In this document: positions 62,657 to 64,000 of the stretch, piece by piece
Layout: each line of letters starts with the position of its first letter
How positions within the stretch are numbered: position 1 is the stretch's first letter
Translations under genes and position numbers: made by a program
Notes under the pieces: generated by a model
Databases searched by the model: none
What the model was told of the DNA's origin: nothing
The model's input: only the letters and a program-made list of their open reading frames with translations
NCBI GenBank assembly: GCA_030141605.1
Contig: JAQGDQ010000160.1
Location: 408,904-472,903, forward strand
From: Tubiluchus corallicola
Taxonomy: Eukaryota; Animalia; Priapulida
Reading direction: 5' to 3'
Length of the DNA: 64,000 nucleotides

Positions 62657-64000
62657 TTATAAGTTGTGTTTTGGTAGAGTTGTGTGTGAGAGAGCTTGAA
62701 GTGGTATTCCATATGTAAACTATCATCACCAAGTCCTCGCCTCACTTATCAGGCAGTAAGCAAAGTGTGATGTTAAGTCAAATATTGTAACTTAAGTGAA
62801 GTGGTGATTTCAAGCGGTAACAAAACAGAGCTCATTCTTCTTAAAATAAAATGTCGCTAAACAGGGTGTCATTAGCTGAAGACTTACTGCACATACCTTC
62901 TCTATGTACGTTGCACATTTAAAGATTCACCACTTTAGCGTTCATCTTCTCTATTTACGTTTTGCACCTTACGGAAATGAAATTGGTCTTTTTAGATAAT
63001 TCTGTAACTAAAAGTTTCTTTAAAGGTTTAATTTGCTTTTGAAATATACTAATATTTTTTGTGTTTTATGCAAAAAAGCAAAAAGCATAAATTCGTTTAA
63101 AACATTTTTGGAATAAAATCATGTTTCAAATAACTGTGCTTTCTAGATTTACTGTTGTGTGTGCGTGTTACATACACTACTTGCACATCCTGTACTTGCC
63201 AGACAAACCCAAAAAAAGATATTTGGTGGTTGATTTTGCCACTGGCATACATTTTGGTTTGAGGTTGAAAAAATCAAAGCATAGATGATAATGGTACTAG
63301 ATTGTGAATCTTTATGATTATGATTAAGATGACTAAGACTGACTCTTCATGAATTCTTATGAATTCTGAAATTTTGACCACACATTTTTTATTTTTTTGA
63401 AATCTAGGCTTTATTTGCCAATGATTTATTTTAACAAAATTGTGCTTAATATTTTTGCAAAAGCTACATATTTCACAGTTTCTGTCTGGAGTCATAATGT
63501 ATTGATTATAAAATAATAATAATTATGAGAGCTTTGATAAAACACTTAAGTGGCTTTTTAATACAACATGTTGGAATCTCTATTTGTGCAAGGTAAATGA
63601 GTTAAGAACCCAACAAAAACTGCTTTTAGTCGTGCTTGATAAGCTTTTTTTTCGTGGAGATTTCCCACCAAACATCAGGTTATTGCTGTTATACACTGCC
63701 AGTAAACATATTATTTACCATTATAGTTAATCAATGCATGCCACTATTTGTGCTTTTAGGCCACTTAGTGACGTTTTTACGCCACAAAATTCAGAATTTC
63801 GTTTTGACCAAACTGAATATCAAAAGTGGTGAGAAATTCATTTCCAAATCAAACCTTGTGCAACTGTAATCTTTGGGGTCGTTCTATGCTGTTCTTACTA
63901 ATGCAACAATAACACAGATGACATGCTTCCATTCCAAGTTATCTGCTACGTTATCTACAGCATATATGTCTGGAATTGTAAATCAAAATGTAGTGTATTT

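Overview
AT-rich eukaryotic (invertebrate animal) genomic DNA with spliceosomal GT-AG introns; no prokaryotic systems. I reconstructed two divergently oriented multi-exon genes by hand. (1) Phosphorylase kinase catalytic gamma subunit (PHKG), minus strand, CDS 46181 to 22974: 12 well-supported coding exons plus two optional small exons, 397-418 aa. (2) HPS4 (BLOC-3 subunit), plus strand, CDS 53846 to 62656: 9 coding exons, 970 aa, including one 1815-nt exon. The most interesting signal is an apparently modular PHKG locus. It has candidate alternative first exons that each rebuild the beta1 strand before the glycine loop, a candidate alternative last exon that would replace the calmodulin-binding tail, a 9-nt microexon, a duplicated decoy splice acceptor and a decayed exon copy. 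These isoforms are inferred from splice signals and reading frame only and need RNA-seq. The first ~21 kb has no recognisable host gene: it holds a 30-bp minisatellite, microsatellites, two decayed LINE fragments and a few orphan exon-like segments. A ~1.07-kb foldback element lies between the two genes.
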